Shown here piece after piece: positions 1-10,261 of a stretch of 64,000 bases of DNA. Source of the DNA: Candidatus Krumholzibacteriia bacterium (lineage in GTDB: Bacteria; Krumholzibacteriota; Krumholzibacteriia; JAJRXK01); assembly GCA_041484665.1 (NCBI GenBank), contig JBGPIA010000007.1, forward strand, positions 32,001-96,000. The letters run 5' to 3'. The stretch's first letter is position 1; each line of letters opens with the position of its first letter. Position numbers and translations under genes: made by a program. The notes under the pieces are model-generated. The model was not told the DNA's origin. It did no database searches and saw nothing but the letters and a program-made list of their open reading frames with translations.

Positions 1-227
1 GGCTGCGACACGAGCGCGGCAAGATCATGCGGTGGGCTGCATGCTGCGTCAACGGGTCGTCCAACCTGCACGCGAGCCCTTGTCGCTGGTGCGGCAGGGA
101 CCTATCTTCGCCCCCTGGCCGGACGCCGAGCGCAACCCGCAGGGGAGCGGCTCCGTTTCGTCGGACCCGGCCGGCGCTGGCGTCAGGGGCCAGCACCCCG
201 ACCTACCCTATCGCAAGGAAGGTTGCC

Positions 228-2264
228 GTGAGCACGCAACGGCCGATCGGCGTCATCGGCGCCGGGAACATGGGCAGCGGAATCGCGCAGAAGATCGCCA
301 CCGAGGGACTGCCCGTGGTGCTGGTCGACGTGGACATGGCGACGGTCAACCGCGGCATGCAGCGCATCCGCACCCTGCTCAACGAGGGCGTACAACGGCG
401 GATCTTTACGCCAGCGCAGGTCGAGCAGATCCTGGGGCGCATCCACCCCACCTCCGAGTTGCCAGCGTGCAAGGACTGCGAGCTGGTCATCGAGGCGGTC
501 TTCGAGGACCTGGACCTCAAGCGTGATCTGCTCCGCAAACTGGACGTCATCTGCCGGCCCGACACGCGTCTGGCAACCAACACCAGCAGCTTCTTCGTGC
601 GCGACGTCGCCGACGCGACCCGCCGCCCCGACCGCGTGCTGGGGATGCACTTCTTCTACCACCCGGCCAAGAACCGCCTGGTCGAGTTGATCGGGGGCAC
701 CGAGACCAGCGCGCAGACGCTGCGCTGGGCGTGGACTTTCGCCGAGGTGATCGGCAAGACGCCCATCGCCTCCGCGGACGCGCCGGGCTTCGTGGTCAAC
801 CGCTACTTCGTACCCTGGGTCAACGAAGCCATCCGGCTGCTGGAGGCCGGCATGGCCGACATCCCGACCATCGAGGCAGCGGCCAAGGAGGCCTTCCACA
901 TCGGGATGGGGCCTTTCGAGCTCATGAACGTCACCGGCGTGCCCATCGCGATGCACGCCGCCACGACCCTGGGCGAGGAGCTGGGCCCGTTCTACGCGCC
1001 TGCGCCGCTGCTGGTGCGGCAGGGCGAGGCGGAGAGGCCCTGGAGCCTGGCCGGCGATCCCGACCGCGGCAAGTTCGCCGCGGTGGCCGACCGGTTGCAG
1101 GCCGTGACGTTCTACGTCGCCGCCCAGATGGTGGATGAGGGGGTCTGCACGGTCGAGGATGCGGACATCGGCGCGCGCGTGGGACTGCGCTGGGAGCTGG
1201 GGCCATTCCAGCTCATGAACCGCGCGGGCCTCGCCGCGGTGGTGAAGAAGGTGGAATCGCTGGCCGCGCTCTACCCGCAAGTCCAGGTGCCCAAGCTGCT
1301 GCGCGGGCAAGCTGACCTCGGCAAACCGTTCGTCTTCCAGCTCGTGCGCCTGCGCGCCGAGAATGGGCTGGCCGAGATCACGATCAACCGTCCCGACGCA
1401 CTCAACGCACTCAACGAGGAGGTCATCGACCAGCTCGCGCATGCGTTCGATGACGCCGATCGCCGGCCCGACGTCCGCACGATCGTGCTGCGCGGGGCGG
1501 GCAAGGCCTTCGTGGCGGGGGCCGACGTGAAGTCCTTCCTCGAGAGCCTGGCGGCGAAGGATCTCGACCGCATCTACGCCTTCACGCAGAAGGGGCAGGC
1601 GCTCTTCAAGCGCATCGACGCATCGGCCAAGCTCGTGATCGCCCGACTGGATGGGTTGAGCCTGGGCGGGGGCACCGAGTTGGCGCTGTGCGCCGATTAC
1701 ATCATCGCCACCGAGAGGGGCAGCCTCGGCTTTCCCGAGACGGGCATCGGCATCTATCCCGGGCTGGGCGGCACGCAGCGCGCCGCGCGACGCGTGGGCG
1801 TCGGGCTGGCGCGGTACCTGATCCTGTCGGGCGACACGGTCGACGCGGTGACGGCGCTAACCATGGGCCTGGTCGACGACGTCGTGCGCACCGAACAGAT
1901 CGGTGAGCGCATCCTGCAGATCCACAAGGGCGGCAAGCGTCCCGCTCAAGCCGAGCCCGACCTGGACGAGTGGCTCACCCAGGTGCAGGAGCTGTTCGAG
2001 GGTGCCGACCTGGAGCGGCTGCTCAAGGGTGCCGTCGGCCACGCCGATCCCTCGGTGGCAAAGGCGGCGGGCAAGGTGCGCCACAAGGCGCCCATCGCCT
2101 GCCGCATGGCCGACCGGATGATCCGCGAGGGCGCCGAGCGCGGGGTCGAGCACGGGCTGGAGATGGAGCTCTCCCATCTCAAGGAGATCTTCTCGACGGA
2201 CGACGCCCACGAAGGGCTCAGCGCCCTGGTGCAGGGGCGGCGGCCGACGTTCCAGGGCAAATAG
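228..2264 (+). CDS. 3-hydroxyacyl-CoA dehydrogenase / enoyl-CoA hydratase fusion (HAD N-terminal, crotonase C-terminal)
   Basis: GVIGAGNMGSGIA Rossmann motif, EAVFE, TNTSS, GMHFF, PGFVVNR; C-terminal INRPDALNAL, AFVAGAD, GGGTE, FPETGIG. GTG start at 228 after AAGGAAGG. Confidence 0.93.
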   Translation: MSTQRPIGVIGAGNMGSGIAQKIATEGLPVVLVDVDMATVNRGMQRIRTLLNEGVQRRIFTPAQVEQILGRIHPTSELPACKDCELVIEAVFEDLDLKRDLLRKLDVICRPDTRLATNTSSFFVRDVADATRRPDRVLGMHFFYHPAKNRLVELIGGTETSAQTLRWAWTFAEVIGKTPIASADAPGFVVNRYFVPWVNEAIRLLEAGMADIPTIEAAAKEAFHIGMGPFELMNVTGVPIAMHAATTLGEELGPFYAPAPLLVRQGEAERPWSLAGDPDRGKFAAVADRLQAVTFYVAAQMVDEGVCTVEDADIGARVGLRWELGPFQLMNRAGLAAVVKKVESLAALYPQVQVPKLLRGQADLGKPFVFQLVRLRAENGLAEITINRPDALNALNEEVIDQLAHAFDDADRRPDVRTIVLRGAGKAFVAGADVKSFLESLAAKDLDRIYAFTQKGQALFKRIDASAKLVIARLDGLSLGGGTELALCADYIIATERGSLGFPETGIGIYPGLGGTQRAARRVGVGLARYLILSGDTVDAVTALTMGLVDDVVRTEQIGERILQIHKGGKRPAQAEPDLDEWLTQVQELFEGADLERLLKGAVGHADPSVAKAAGKVRHKAPIACRMADRMIREGAERGVEHGLEMELSHLKEIFSTDDAHEGLSALVQGRRPTFQGK

Positions 2265-2419
2265 CCAAAGGCCGCCACCGTGGGCGTGCCGGTGGGGTCC
2301 ATCGGCCCGCGGTGCGGCGGAACGAGACAGCGGCATGCGGCGGAAGCGGCCGGGGAGGCGATCTCCCCGGCCGCTCCCCGTTGCGGCGCACAGCCCAAGG
2401 CGCCGGCCCCGGCCCGCCG

Positions 2420-2872
2420 CTACCGGCCCGTCCTGCGCAGCGCCGCCAGCAGCGAATCGGGATGCTGCACGCTGATGAGTAGGCTGTAATCCTGCGCGGT
2501 GGGCAGGTAGAGGACGCGCCGGCGGTCCGTGACGAAGACCAGGCTCTTCTCGCCGTTGCGCAGCCGGAACCACCCGGAGGAGTATCCGGGCATGACCGTA
2601 CCGTTGCGCTTGCCTACTGGCTGCAGGGCGACCTCGCGCGTAAGGTCCACGACCCGGGCGTCCGCAAGCGCCAGGGCCAAGAGCGGGATGCTCCGCCCGT
2701 AGAGATCTCGCCGGATCCGCAGATTCGTCCCGGAGACCTCCACCGTCATGTGGCGCGAGGACCACGCCATGTAGCCGAACATCGCGAGCAGCCCGCCGAA
2801 GAGCACCGCCAACCCCACAAGCATCCAAAGGGGGCCGCTCCCGGCCGGAGGTACGGCGAACACCTGCTTCAT
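2420..2872 (-). CDS. Membrane-anchored bacterial PH-domain protein
   Basis: N-terminal TM helix, then KRNGTVMPGYSSGWFRL, typical of bacterial PH-like domains; GAGGTG RBS upstream. Confidence 0.7.
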   Translation of the reverse strand: MKQVFAVPPAGSGPLWMLVGLAVLFGGLLAMFGYMAWSSRHMTVEVSGTNLRIRRDLYGRSIPLLALALADARVVDLTREVALQPVGKRNGTVMPGYSSGWFRLRNGEKSLVFVTDRRRVLYLPTAQDYSLLISVQHPDSLLAALRRTGR

Positions 2873-2903
2873 CGGCTCACCTCGCCCTCGATTGGCCCGC
2901 TGA

Positions 2904-2968
2904 TCTCATCGATCCACCTCGTCCACGATCGGCCGGCTCGTCTCATCGATCCACCTCGTCCACGATCG
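2904..2968. repeat. Two exact 28-nt direct repeats (TCTCATCGATCCACCTCGTCCACGATCG) with a 9-nt spacer
   Basis: Copies read directly at 2904-2931 and 2941-2968. Confidence 0.95.
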
Positions 2969-3007
2969 ACCCGCTGACTCCACCAGTGCCCTGCCCGCGC
3001 GATCGGC

Positions 3008-6000
3008 CTACTTCGACCGCTCGGCCGCCGACGAGAGCTCGGCCGCGGGCCGGGCGGTGATCTCGACGCGCTGCTCCTGCGAGCTCCCGTTCACGTCGGG
3101 CACGTACATCGCAAAGGCCCGTGTCGGCATGACATGGTAGGTGCCGGGCGACTCGGCGCGCAGCTCGTAGGCCAGTACGTGCTCGCCCTGCGGGAGGGAC
3201 GAGACGAAGAACGCCGAGAGCTCGTCGCGGATTTCGCGGCGGCCGCTCACCGGGCTCGGCGGGTTCGGTGCGCCAAAGCCGCCCTTGCCCGCCCGCGCCA
3301 GCGGGATCACGTCGCCACTGCCGGCGAACCAGCCGCTGAGCTGGTCGACCGGCTCGCAGCCCGCAGGGCGCGGGTCCTCGATCGCGATGTACTCCAGTTC
3401 GTTGTGGGCGGTCAGCCAGAGGCGCACGCGCAGGCGGTCGCCGCTGGCCACGCTGTCGCCGTCGCGCAGCGGCTCCTCGATCTGCAGGATCGAGCCGCCG
3501 AGCGTGCGCTGGGGACGAAGCCGGACGATCTCGCGTCGCACCGCCAGGTAGTGCTCGGTGGGCTCGGGGTTCTCGGCGGCGGTCCAGGTGTCGACGCTCA
3601 CGGTGGCGTAGCACGTTCCTTTGCCTTCCAGGTGCAGCCGGACGACGTTCTCGCCGTCGCGCAGCAGACGCGTCGGGAGCGTGAACTCGCCGCCCGCGTC
3701 GAGGAGCGTCTTGCGGGAGACGTCGATGCGCGCGATCTCGGTCCGGGCAGCGGCCGGGCCGGCGGTCGCGACGAGTGTGTAGCGCGCGTCCAGCTCCCCC
3801 GCGTCGCGCGCGTAGTCGGTGAGCGCGTAGATCGTGTGGGCCGTGGCGCGTGTGCTCTGCCAGCGGTTGCCTTCGCGATTGACCACCAGCCAGCGCACGG
3901 CAGCGCGGCGGTTCTCATGGTCCGGCTCCAGCGCGCCGTAGGCCTCGACCGCGAACGCCGTGGTCTCGACCGCGCCCTCCCCACACCACCAGTAGTTGCG
4001 CAGCTTGCCCCAGTGCGCCGTGCCATAGGCCGGGTTACGCTGGATCGTGTTCTCCAGATGGCGCAGCAGCAGCTCGCCCTGGTCGGTGTGGCCCGTGCGC
4101 GCCATGTAGGTGGCGAGCAGCGCACGGGCGTAGTCGGAGAGCTGGTCGCGGTCGGTGAACAGGCGCGTGGCCGATGCGCGCATCGCGTCATCCTCGAGGG
4201 CGTACCCGGCGTCGTGCTGAGTGCTGCCGCGCTGTGCGTCGTTGCTTTGCCCGCCGCTCTTCCGCCCGCCGCTGCCCTGCGCGCCGCCGTCCTGCGTGCC
4301 ATCGGCCGCGGTCAGCGCGTACAGGGCATAGGCGCGGTGATCCGCAGCCAGACCCGGACGCGCGAGCATGCCGCGCAGGGCCTCCCGCCCACGTTGGAGC
4401 AGGCCGCGGTCGACGGCCACTCCGTGCCGCGCCGCGTTAGAGAGCGCGACGAGCACGTGGGCCGTCATGTAAGCATCGCTGACGTCCTCTTTCCACCATC
4501 CCCAGCCACCGTCACCATGCTGGAAATCGGCGATCCGACGCAGCCCCTCACGGACCTTGTCGTCGAGCTTCCCGTCGAAGCGCTTGCTCGAGACGCCCAG
4601 CGCCTGGGTCACGGCGCGTACCGCGGCCGCCGGCACGAAGCGTGAGAGCGTCTGCTCGGTGCAACCGTACGGATACTCGGCGAGGTAGCCCAGTGCGTCG
4701 ATGCACGCCGAGAGCACGCTCGGCGACAGTGTGACGGTGGCGGACTCCACGCCGGTGAGGCGGTCCGTTGGGAGCACGACGCTCAGCTGCGTCTCGCCGG
4801 GCCGCGCCTCGCCCGCGGCCACCACGCGCAGCGTGGTGCCGTGGGGCAACAGCTGCACGGGTCGCTCAAAGGCGTCGGAGTCGACCTCGGTGAGCGCGGT
4901 GACGCGCACGAGCGCCTCGCCCGGGATCACGCGCAGGCGCGCGGCGGCCGAATCGCGGACCACCTTGGCGCCGGCGCTGTTGGCGGCGACGCTGGCCCAC
5001 CACTGCACCTGGGCCTGGCCGTGCGCCTTGATCACGATCTGCTGCTCGCCACCCTCGACGGTGAGCGGTGCGGCCGCCATCGAGACACGCGCCCGCAGGT
5101 CGCGGCCGGTTTCGTTGTGGACGGTGGCCGCGAACAGGAAGCGGTCCTTCTCGCGGAACACCCGCGGGTGGTTGAGGCGCACCATGACGTCCTTGCGGGT
5201 GCGGGCGCTGCCCTCCCCCGTGCCGGCCCTGGTGTCGGGCGTGATCGCCACGCCCAGCGCCTGCCATCTCGTCAGCGACTCGGCCAGCGGGACCTCGACG
5301 CGCGCCACGCCGTCCACGTCGGTCCACACCGCCGTGCGCCAGAGCGCCGTGGTGCGGAAGTCGGTGCGCAGGGTGACGGGGGCGGCGGCGGGGCCACCGG
5401 CGCCGGGGCGGCCTTGCGATGGGGCCGCCGGCGCGGGCATGGCGTTGTCGGCGACCGCGGACATCTTTGCCGAGACCATGCCTTCGGCCTGGGCCGACCG
5501 CCCAGCAGCGCTGGCCTCATCCAGCTCGCGCACCGTGGCACCCAGCCCCGGGGCGCGGAACTCGGACTTGCCGAGCGCGCGGTCCTTCGCCTCCGCGTCG
5601 CGGCGCCGCCCGCTCGGCGGCCACTCCTGCTCGTCGGGCTTCTCCTCGATCCAGGCGAATCCTCCGAACTGCGCCGCGCTGATCTGCAAGTCCGAGGGCG
5701 TACGCGTCGGGAAGGAGTTGAACGCCTGGTTGGGGTCGGCGAGATCGCGGGGCAGGATCGCCAGCACGGCCTCGTCCACCACGGCGAGCGTGACCGGTGC
5801 GCGCACGGCCTTGCCCTGGGCATCCTTCGTCCGTACGCGCAGCCACGCCTTCTCCCCCGGTTTGTAGCTCTCCCGCTCGAACTCCACGGCCACATCCAGG
5901 GCGCGCTTTCCCAGCGGGGCAACGATCCGCGCCGTCGCCTGCTGCAGGCGGAAATCGCGGGCCGTGGCCGCCTGCAGGAAGAAGTACGGCCGGTGGAAGT

Positions 6001-9000
6001 CGTCCAGGGGGATCTCCAGCAGTTTGACCGTGCCCTCCATGCGCAGCACCTGCGTCTCGACTTGCAGACCGAAGTAGCGGCTCAGGTAGACAAGCGCGCC
6101 GGGCGTGTCGCTCACGAGCAGTACGCGGGCGACATCCTGCGTCGCGAACTCGTCCTGCTCGGCGATGAGCTGCAGGGCGCCCGCGCCGTGGACGACTGCG
6201 TGCGTGTCGGGCCCCGCGCACCAGACGACCGCCTGCGCCTCGATGGCGTTTCCGCGCGCATCGCGCGTCTCGTAGCGCAGCTCGTAATAGCCGGGCCGTT
6301 CGGGCTTGAAGGTCAGTAGGGCCTCGCCGTGCTCGTCGGTCCTGACCAGACGCGCGAGGATCTGCCGCGGCTCCGTCTCCGCCAGCCGCGCGTCCTCGCC
6401 GCGCTTGCGCTGCACCTGCTCCTGGCGCCAGAGCGTGGTACGCCCCGCTTGCACGACGGGACGCTCCTGCGCGTCCTGCACGTGCAGACGCACCTGGGCT
6501 TCGTCGCCGGGAGCGACGACGTAGCGCTGCGGACAGAGGTAGGCGTAGATCTCCTGGCGCGTGATCGGCACCGTTGCGCTGCCGCGCTCCTCGCGCCGGC
6601 TGGCGTCGGTCACGCGTGCTTCGACGCTGTACGTCCAGTCCTGCGAGTCGTTCTCGTCAGCCGGGGTCGGGATCAGCACGGTGAGCCTGCCATCGCGACC
6701 CAGCGGCTGGGAGACGCGCAGGACCTCGTCCCCGCCGCCGTGCTGCCACGGCGCGGCACTGCGGCCGATCCCCGCGTCGAAACGGTCGGACAGGCCGTTC
6801 TCCCGCAGCCACCCGAAGCGGCTCCAAGGGCGCCAGGACAGCCAGCGCGGGCTGCGCGTCACGACGACCTCGGCCTCTCCGGAAACGGGCCCGCCGAACA
6901 GGTACTCGGCGGCGACCTCCACGCGCAGCGTGTCCCCGAGCACGTAGCGGCGGCTCGCGTCGAGCTGCGCCGTCACGGTGAACTCGGGCAGGCGGTACTC
7001 GTCGACCTGGAAGCCGCCGCCGCCGATCCAACGCCCCTGCCCGTCCTCGGCCGGCTTCTGCAGCTGGACCTGATACATGCCCAGCGCTGGATGCTCGTCG
7101 AGCACGTGGGTCAGCTCGAGGGCTCCGTTGTCGTCGAGCTTGAGCTCCTGGCGCAGGACCTCGCTGCCATCCGCGGCACGGATCACGACCACGATCGACT
7201 CGCCGGCAGGCGCGACGTTGACCCGCTCGGCCGCCTCCTGGCGGCGGACGAAGGCCTGCAGGTGCACTGTCTCGCCGGGGCGATAGAGCGGCCGGTCGCT
7301 GAGGACGTAGCTGCGCCAGGCTTCCTCGTGCTCCGGGCGATCCCACGAGCCGGGTCCGAGGTTCATCAAGACCGGATGCCCCTTCACCACGCCGATGGCC
7401 AAGCTCAGGTATCCGTTGGTTTGCACCGTGGCGATATGGGCGAGGCCGTCACCGTTGGTCGTGACCTTCGTCGTGCTCCACGCGAGGTTGCGGCGGCTCG
7501 CGTCGTCGCGGATCTGCGCGCGCGCGATCAAGAGCTGCGCGCCGGTGATGGGCTGGCCCGCCTGCATCTCGACCAGCCATAGCTCCTGCTGCCCGCCGCC
7601 GATGGCCTGTTGGGTAAGGCCGAGGTCGGTGACCTGGAAGAGCAGCTCGGCCGGAGCCTCGCCATCTTGCAACACGCGCCCCGCTGCCTCGTTGGGGTTC
7701 GCTGGCCGCTTGCCCGCCTTCGCCGTCTCGGCGGGGCGCATCGTCACGGTGACCCGGTAGAGGCCCGCGGGCAACGGATCCAGGGACATGATCTTGGAGC
7801 GAGGCACGTGGGGCTGCGGTGCCCGGGGCGCGAAGGCGGCCGTGTCCGCCAGCGCCGTGTCGGGGCCTGCGTTGCCGCCGTCTTGCTCCGCCGCTGCTGT
7901 TCCACGGTTTCCCCCCTGCGGGCGCTGCGCGCCCTGCGCGTCCTGCGCGCCCTTCTCTCCCCGCTTCCCCCGCTCCCCCTGCTCGCTCGTAACCGCGGGC
8001 GGTTGCTGCCCTCGCGCCCGCTGCTCCTGCAGGTCGTCGTACGCGCGCGTCAGAATCAGCTTGCCCGCGCCCTCCCGGAAGTAGCCGGAGAGCCCGCGCG
8101 CGCCCGGCGTGGAGGTGGCCGGGAGATCGAGGTCGCGCACCGGATCGAGCTGGCGGACCTCGAGCGTCCAGCCCAGCAGATTGCGCCAGGAGACCTGCAC
8201 GGCGTGGTACGAGCCCGGGCGATACAAATCGGACCCCTGCACCGTCGCCGACGGCGCCGTCAGGCTCGCCAGTCGCTGCGCCGCCTGCTGCACGGCACCG
8301 CTGTCCTTGGCGGGAGCGGCCGCGACGGCAGCCCGGTACTGCTCTTCCGCCTCCCGGAAGAGCCCGCGGTTCTCGGCCAGCTGCCCGAGCTGCCAGTGCG
8401 CTGATGCGGCGAGGGGGCCCGGTGGGTCGAGGGCGAGCACGTCGCGCCCGACACGCTCCCGTGTCTCGCCGAAGCGGTACGCATTCTCGTCGGCGAGGAT
8501 CCGCTCGGCGAGCGCGAGCAGCCGTTCGCGGGGCGCCTTGGCGTTGAACAGGTTCTGCCACATGCGCTCCACCGGCGCCGCCACGTTGGGCCCCGAGCTC
8601 CACTCGAACGGCCGGACCGTGCCCGAGGGCAAGAGCAGCGCGTCCATCAGCTCCAGGTACTCGCGCGTGGCCAGCGGGATGTCCGGCAGCGACTCCCAGC
8701 GCTCCAACGCGAGACCGAAAAGCCGCTGCAACTCCGGCCCTGCCTCCACGCGGGCGCGCACCAGCTCGCGCACGGCCCGCGCGCCCCAGTCGTCCAGCTC
8801 CTCGGAAGCCATGGCCTGCAGTGCGATGCCCTCCAGGCGGGCCTGCTGCTGGTCTTGCTGCATGCCTGCCAGGCGCAGCGCGCAGGTGTGGCGGTAGAAT
8901 CCCACCGCGCGAGTCTCGTAGCCCGGGTCGACCTTGCCGGCGCGCTCGAGCAACGGCAGCGCTTCGGCGTAACGCTGCTCCTCGAACAGCTTCGTGCCCC

Positions 9001-9127
9001 GCTGGAGCAGCTCGGGCGCCGTACCTGTGCTCTGGGAGGTGGTGGAGGCCGCCGCCAGCAGGCCCGCCAACGAGGCCAAGGCGAGCCCTACCAGCAGGTG
9101 TTGGATTCGGAGGTGTCGGATAGGCAT
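3008..9127 (-). CDS. Bacterial alpha-2-macroglobulin family protein with N-terminal TPR-like region
   Basis: Signal peptide, DRPLYRPGETV (MG2), EYRLPEF, LRTDFRTTALW, thioester YPYGCTEQ (CTEQ at 4652-4663), DGGWGWW, C-terminal PAGCEP and PGTYHVMPTRAFAMY. Confidence 0.95.
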   Translation of the reverse strand: MPIRHLRIQHLLVGLALASLAGLLAAASTTSQSTGTAPELLQRGTKLFEEQRYAEALPLLERAGKVDPGYETRAVGFYRHTCALRLAGMQQDQQQARLEGIALQAMASEELDDWGARAVRELVRARVEAGPELQRLFGLALERWESLPDIPLATREYLELMDALLLPSGTVRPFEWSSGPNVAAPVERMWQNLFNAKAPRERLLALAERILADENAYRFGETRERVGRDVLALDPPGPLAASAHWQLGQLAENRGLFREAEEQYRAAVAAAPAKDSGAVQQAAQRLASLTAPSATVQGSDLYRPGSYHAVQVSWRNLLGWTLEVRQLDPVRDLDLPATSTPGARGLSGYFREGAGKLILTRAYDDLQEQRARGQQPPAVTSEQGERGKRGEKGAQDAQGAQRPQGGNRGTAAAEQDGGNAGPDTALADTAAFAPRAPQPHVPRSKIMSLDPLPAGLYRVTVTMRPAETAKAGKRPANPNEAAGRVLQDGEAPAELLFQVTDLGLTQQAIGGGQQELWLVEMQAGQPITGAQLLIARAQIRDDASRRNLAWSTTKVTTNGDGLAHIATVQTNGYLSLAIGVVKGHPVLMNLGPGSWDRPEHEEAWRSYVLSDRPLYRPGETVHLQAFVRRQEAAERVNVAPAGESIVVVIRAADGSEVLRQELKLDDNGALELTHVLDEHPALGMYQVQLQKPAEDGQGRWIGGGGFQVDEYRLPEFTVTAQLDASRRYVLGDTLRVEVAAEYLFGGPVSGEAEVVVTRSPRWLSWRPWSRFGWLRENGLSDRFDAGIGRSAAPWQHGGGDEVLRVSQPLGRDGRLTVLIPTPADENDSQDWTYSVEARVTDASRREERGSATVPITRQEIYAYLCPQRYVVAPGDEAQVRLHVQDAQERPVVQAGRTTLWRQEQVQRKRGEDARLAETEPRQILARLVRTDEHGEALLTFKPERPGYYELRYETRDARGNAIEAQAVVWCAGPDTHAVVHGAGALQLIAEQDEFATQDVARVLLVSDTPGALVYLSRYFGLQVETQVLRMEGTVKLLEIPLDDFHRPYFFLQAATARDFRLQQATARIVAPLGKRALDVAVEFERESYKPGEKAWLRVRTKDAQGKAVRAPVTLAVVDEAVLAILPRDLADPNQAFNSFPTRTPSDLQISAAQFGGFAWIEEKPDEQEWPPSGRRRDAEAKDRALGKSEFRAPGLGATVRELDEASAAGRSAQAEGMVSAKMSAVADNAMPAPAAPSQGRPGAGGPAAAPVTLRTDFRTTALWRTAVWTDVDGVARVEVPLAESLTRWQALGVAITPDTRAGTGEGSARTRKDVMVRLNHPRVFREKDRFLFAATVHNETGRDLRARVSMAAAPLTVEGGEQQIVIKAHGQAQVQWWASVAANSAGAKVVRDSAAARLRVIPGEALVRVTALTEVDSDAFERPVQLLPHGTTLRVVAAGEARPGETQLSVVLPTDRLTGVESATVTLSPSVLSACIDALGYLAEYPYGCTEQTLSRFVPAAAVRAVTQALGVSSKRFDGKLDDKVREGLRRIADFQHGDGGWGWWKEDVSDAYMTAHVLVALSNAARHGVAVDRGLLQRGREALRGMLARPGLAADHRAYALYALTAADGTQDGGAQGSGGRKSGGQSNDAQRGSTQHDAGYALEDDAMRASATRLFTDRDQLSDYARALLATYMARTGHTDQGELLLRHLENTIQRNPAYGTAHWGKLRNYWWCGEGAVETTAFAVEAYGALEPDHENRRAAVRWLVVNREGNRWQSTRATAHTIYALTDYARDAGELDARYTLVATAGPAAARTEIARIDVSRKTLLDAGGEFTLPTRLLRDGENVVRLHLEGKGTCYATVSVDTWTAAENPEPTEHYLAVRREIVRLRPQRTLGGSILQIEEPLRDGDSVASGDRLRVRLWLTAHNELEYIAIEDPRPAGCEPVDQLSGWFAGSGDVIPLARAGKGGFGAPNPPSPVSGRREIRDELSAFFVSSLPQGEHVLAYELRAESPGTYHVMPTRAFAMYVPDVNGSSQEQRVEITARPAAELSSAAERSK

Positions 9128-9362
9128 GGTCGTGCAGCTCCCTTCATCGGCCCCCGCAGGCGGCAGCTCCGTGCGAGCTGGCCCGCGCAGCCGCCGCAAT
9201 CGGCGTTGCGTACACTACCGGCCGACCGACCGGCCTATTCCCGGCCACTGGGTCAGGTCACGTTGCCGGCCACAGCGCCAGCCACCGCGCCGGGCACCGC
9301 GCCCGGCACCTCTCTACCTCGAGTCACGGGCCCCACGCTAGCCCACCGCGACCGGGGCGGGC

Positions 9363-9368
9363 TACAAT
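9363..9368 (+). promoter_or_regulatory. Putative -10 element (TACAAT) of a leaderless transcript
   Basis: TACAAT lies 7 nt upstream of ATG 9376, with no SD sequence. Confidence 0.5.
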
Positions 9369-9375
9369 CGAAAGC

Positions 9376-10221
9376 ATGCATCCGCTCCCGCTGTTGTTCC
9401 TGGCCCTCTGCTTCCTCGCCCACGTGACCGGCGACTTCGTGCTCCAGACCGAGGCCATCGTCAAGGGCAAGCAGAGCAGCGACCGCGTCTTGCTGTGGCA
9501 CGTGGTGCAGCACGTGCTCGCGCTGTGCGTGCTGTTGCCGGCCGGGTCCCTGCTGGTCGGGCTGGCGGCACGCGGCACTCCCAGCGCGCGCCCGACGTGG
9601 GGCGAGCTGGCCGTGATCGTCGCCGGCGTCGCTGTGACGCACTGGGCCATCGACAAGACGAAGATCCTCATCGACCGCCGCCGGGGCGGCTCGGCCACCA
9701 GCTACGTGCTGGATCAGATCGCCCACGTCGTGGCGATCGGAGTGCTGGTGACGTGGCTGCGGGCCCGGCACGACGCGTGGCCGGCCACCGAGCTGGCAAC
9801 CTGGCAGGGGCTGGGCCGCAGCTGGAGCGTGACGCACGTGGCCGCCGGCATCCTGCTGCTGGCCAGCTACGTGTACGCGGCGCGCGCAGGGGCGATCCTC
9901 GCCTGGATGGTCACGCTGTCGCTCACGCGCGACCGTACTCCGGAGGCCCTGGCGGCCGACGGGATCCCTGCCTATCCGTTGCGCGACGGCCGGACCCTGG
10001 CGCTGGGCTATCTGGAGCGCTTGCTGGGACTCACGTGCGTGCTCTGGGGATGGTTGTGGGCGCTGGCGCTGCTGCTGGGAGGCAGGCTCGCGCCGGTCGC
10101 GCGGCGAGCGCTGCGCCGGCGCGACTCCTCTATCGTTCCGGAGTACCGCCTGCTGGAGGTGCTCTGCAGCCTGTCGACCGTATTGGTCGTGGGCGTCGTG
10201 GTGAGGATGTTGTTGCGCTGA
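9376..10221 (+). CDS. DUF3307-like membrane protein
   Basis: LAHVTGDFVLQT, HWAIDKTK and DQIAH motifs; multiple TM helices. Confidence 0.8.
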   Translation: MHPLPLLFLALCFLAHVTGDFVLQTEAIVKGKQSSDRVLLWHVVQHVLALCVLLPAGSLLVGLAARGTPSARPTWGELAVIVAGVAVTHWAIDKTKILIDRRRGGSATSYVLDQIAHVVAIGVLVTWLRARHDAWPATELATWQGLGRSWSVTHVAAGILLLASYVYAARAGAILAWMVTLSLTRDRTPEALAADGIPAYPLRDGRTLALGYLERLLGLTCVLWGWLWALALLLGGRLAPVARRALRRRDSSIVPEYRLLEVLCSLSTVLVVGVVVRMLLR

Positions 10222-10261
10222 CGTCCCCGGTCGCGCAAAGACCAGGGCGGCGAGGCTGGGG

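Noticed and set aside
2904..2968. Possible mini CRISPR array
   Set aside because: Only two repeats, a 9-nt spacer and no cas genes.
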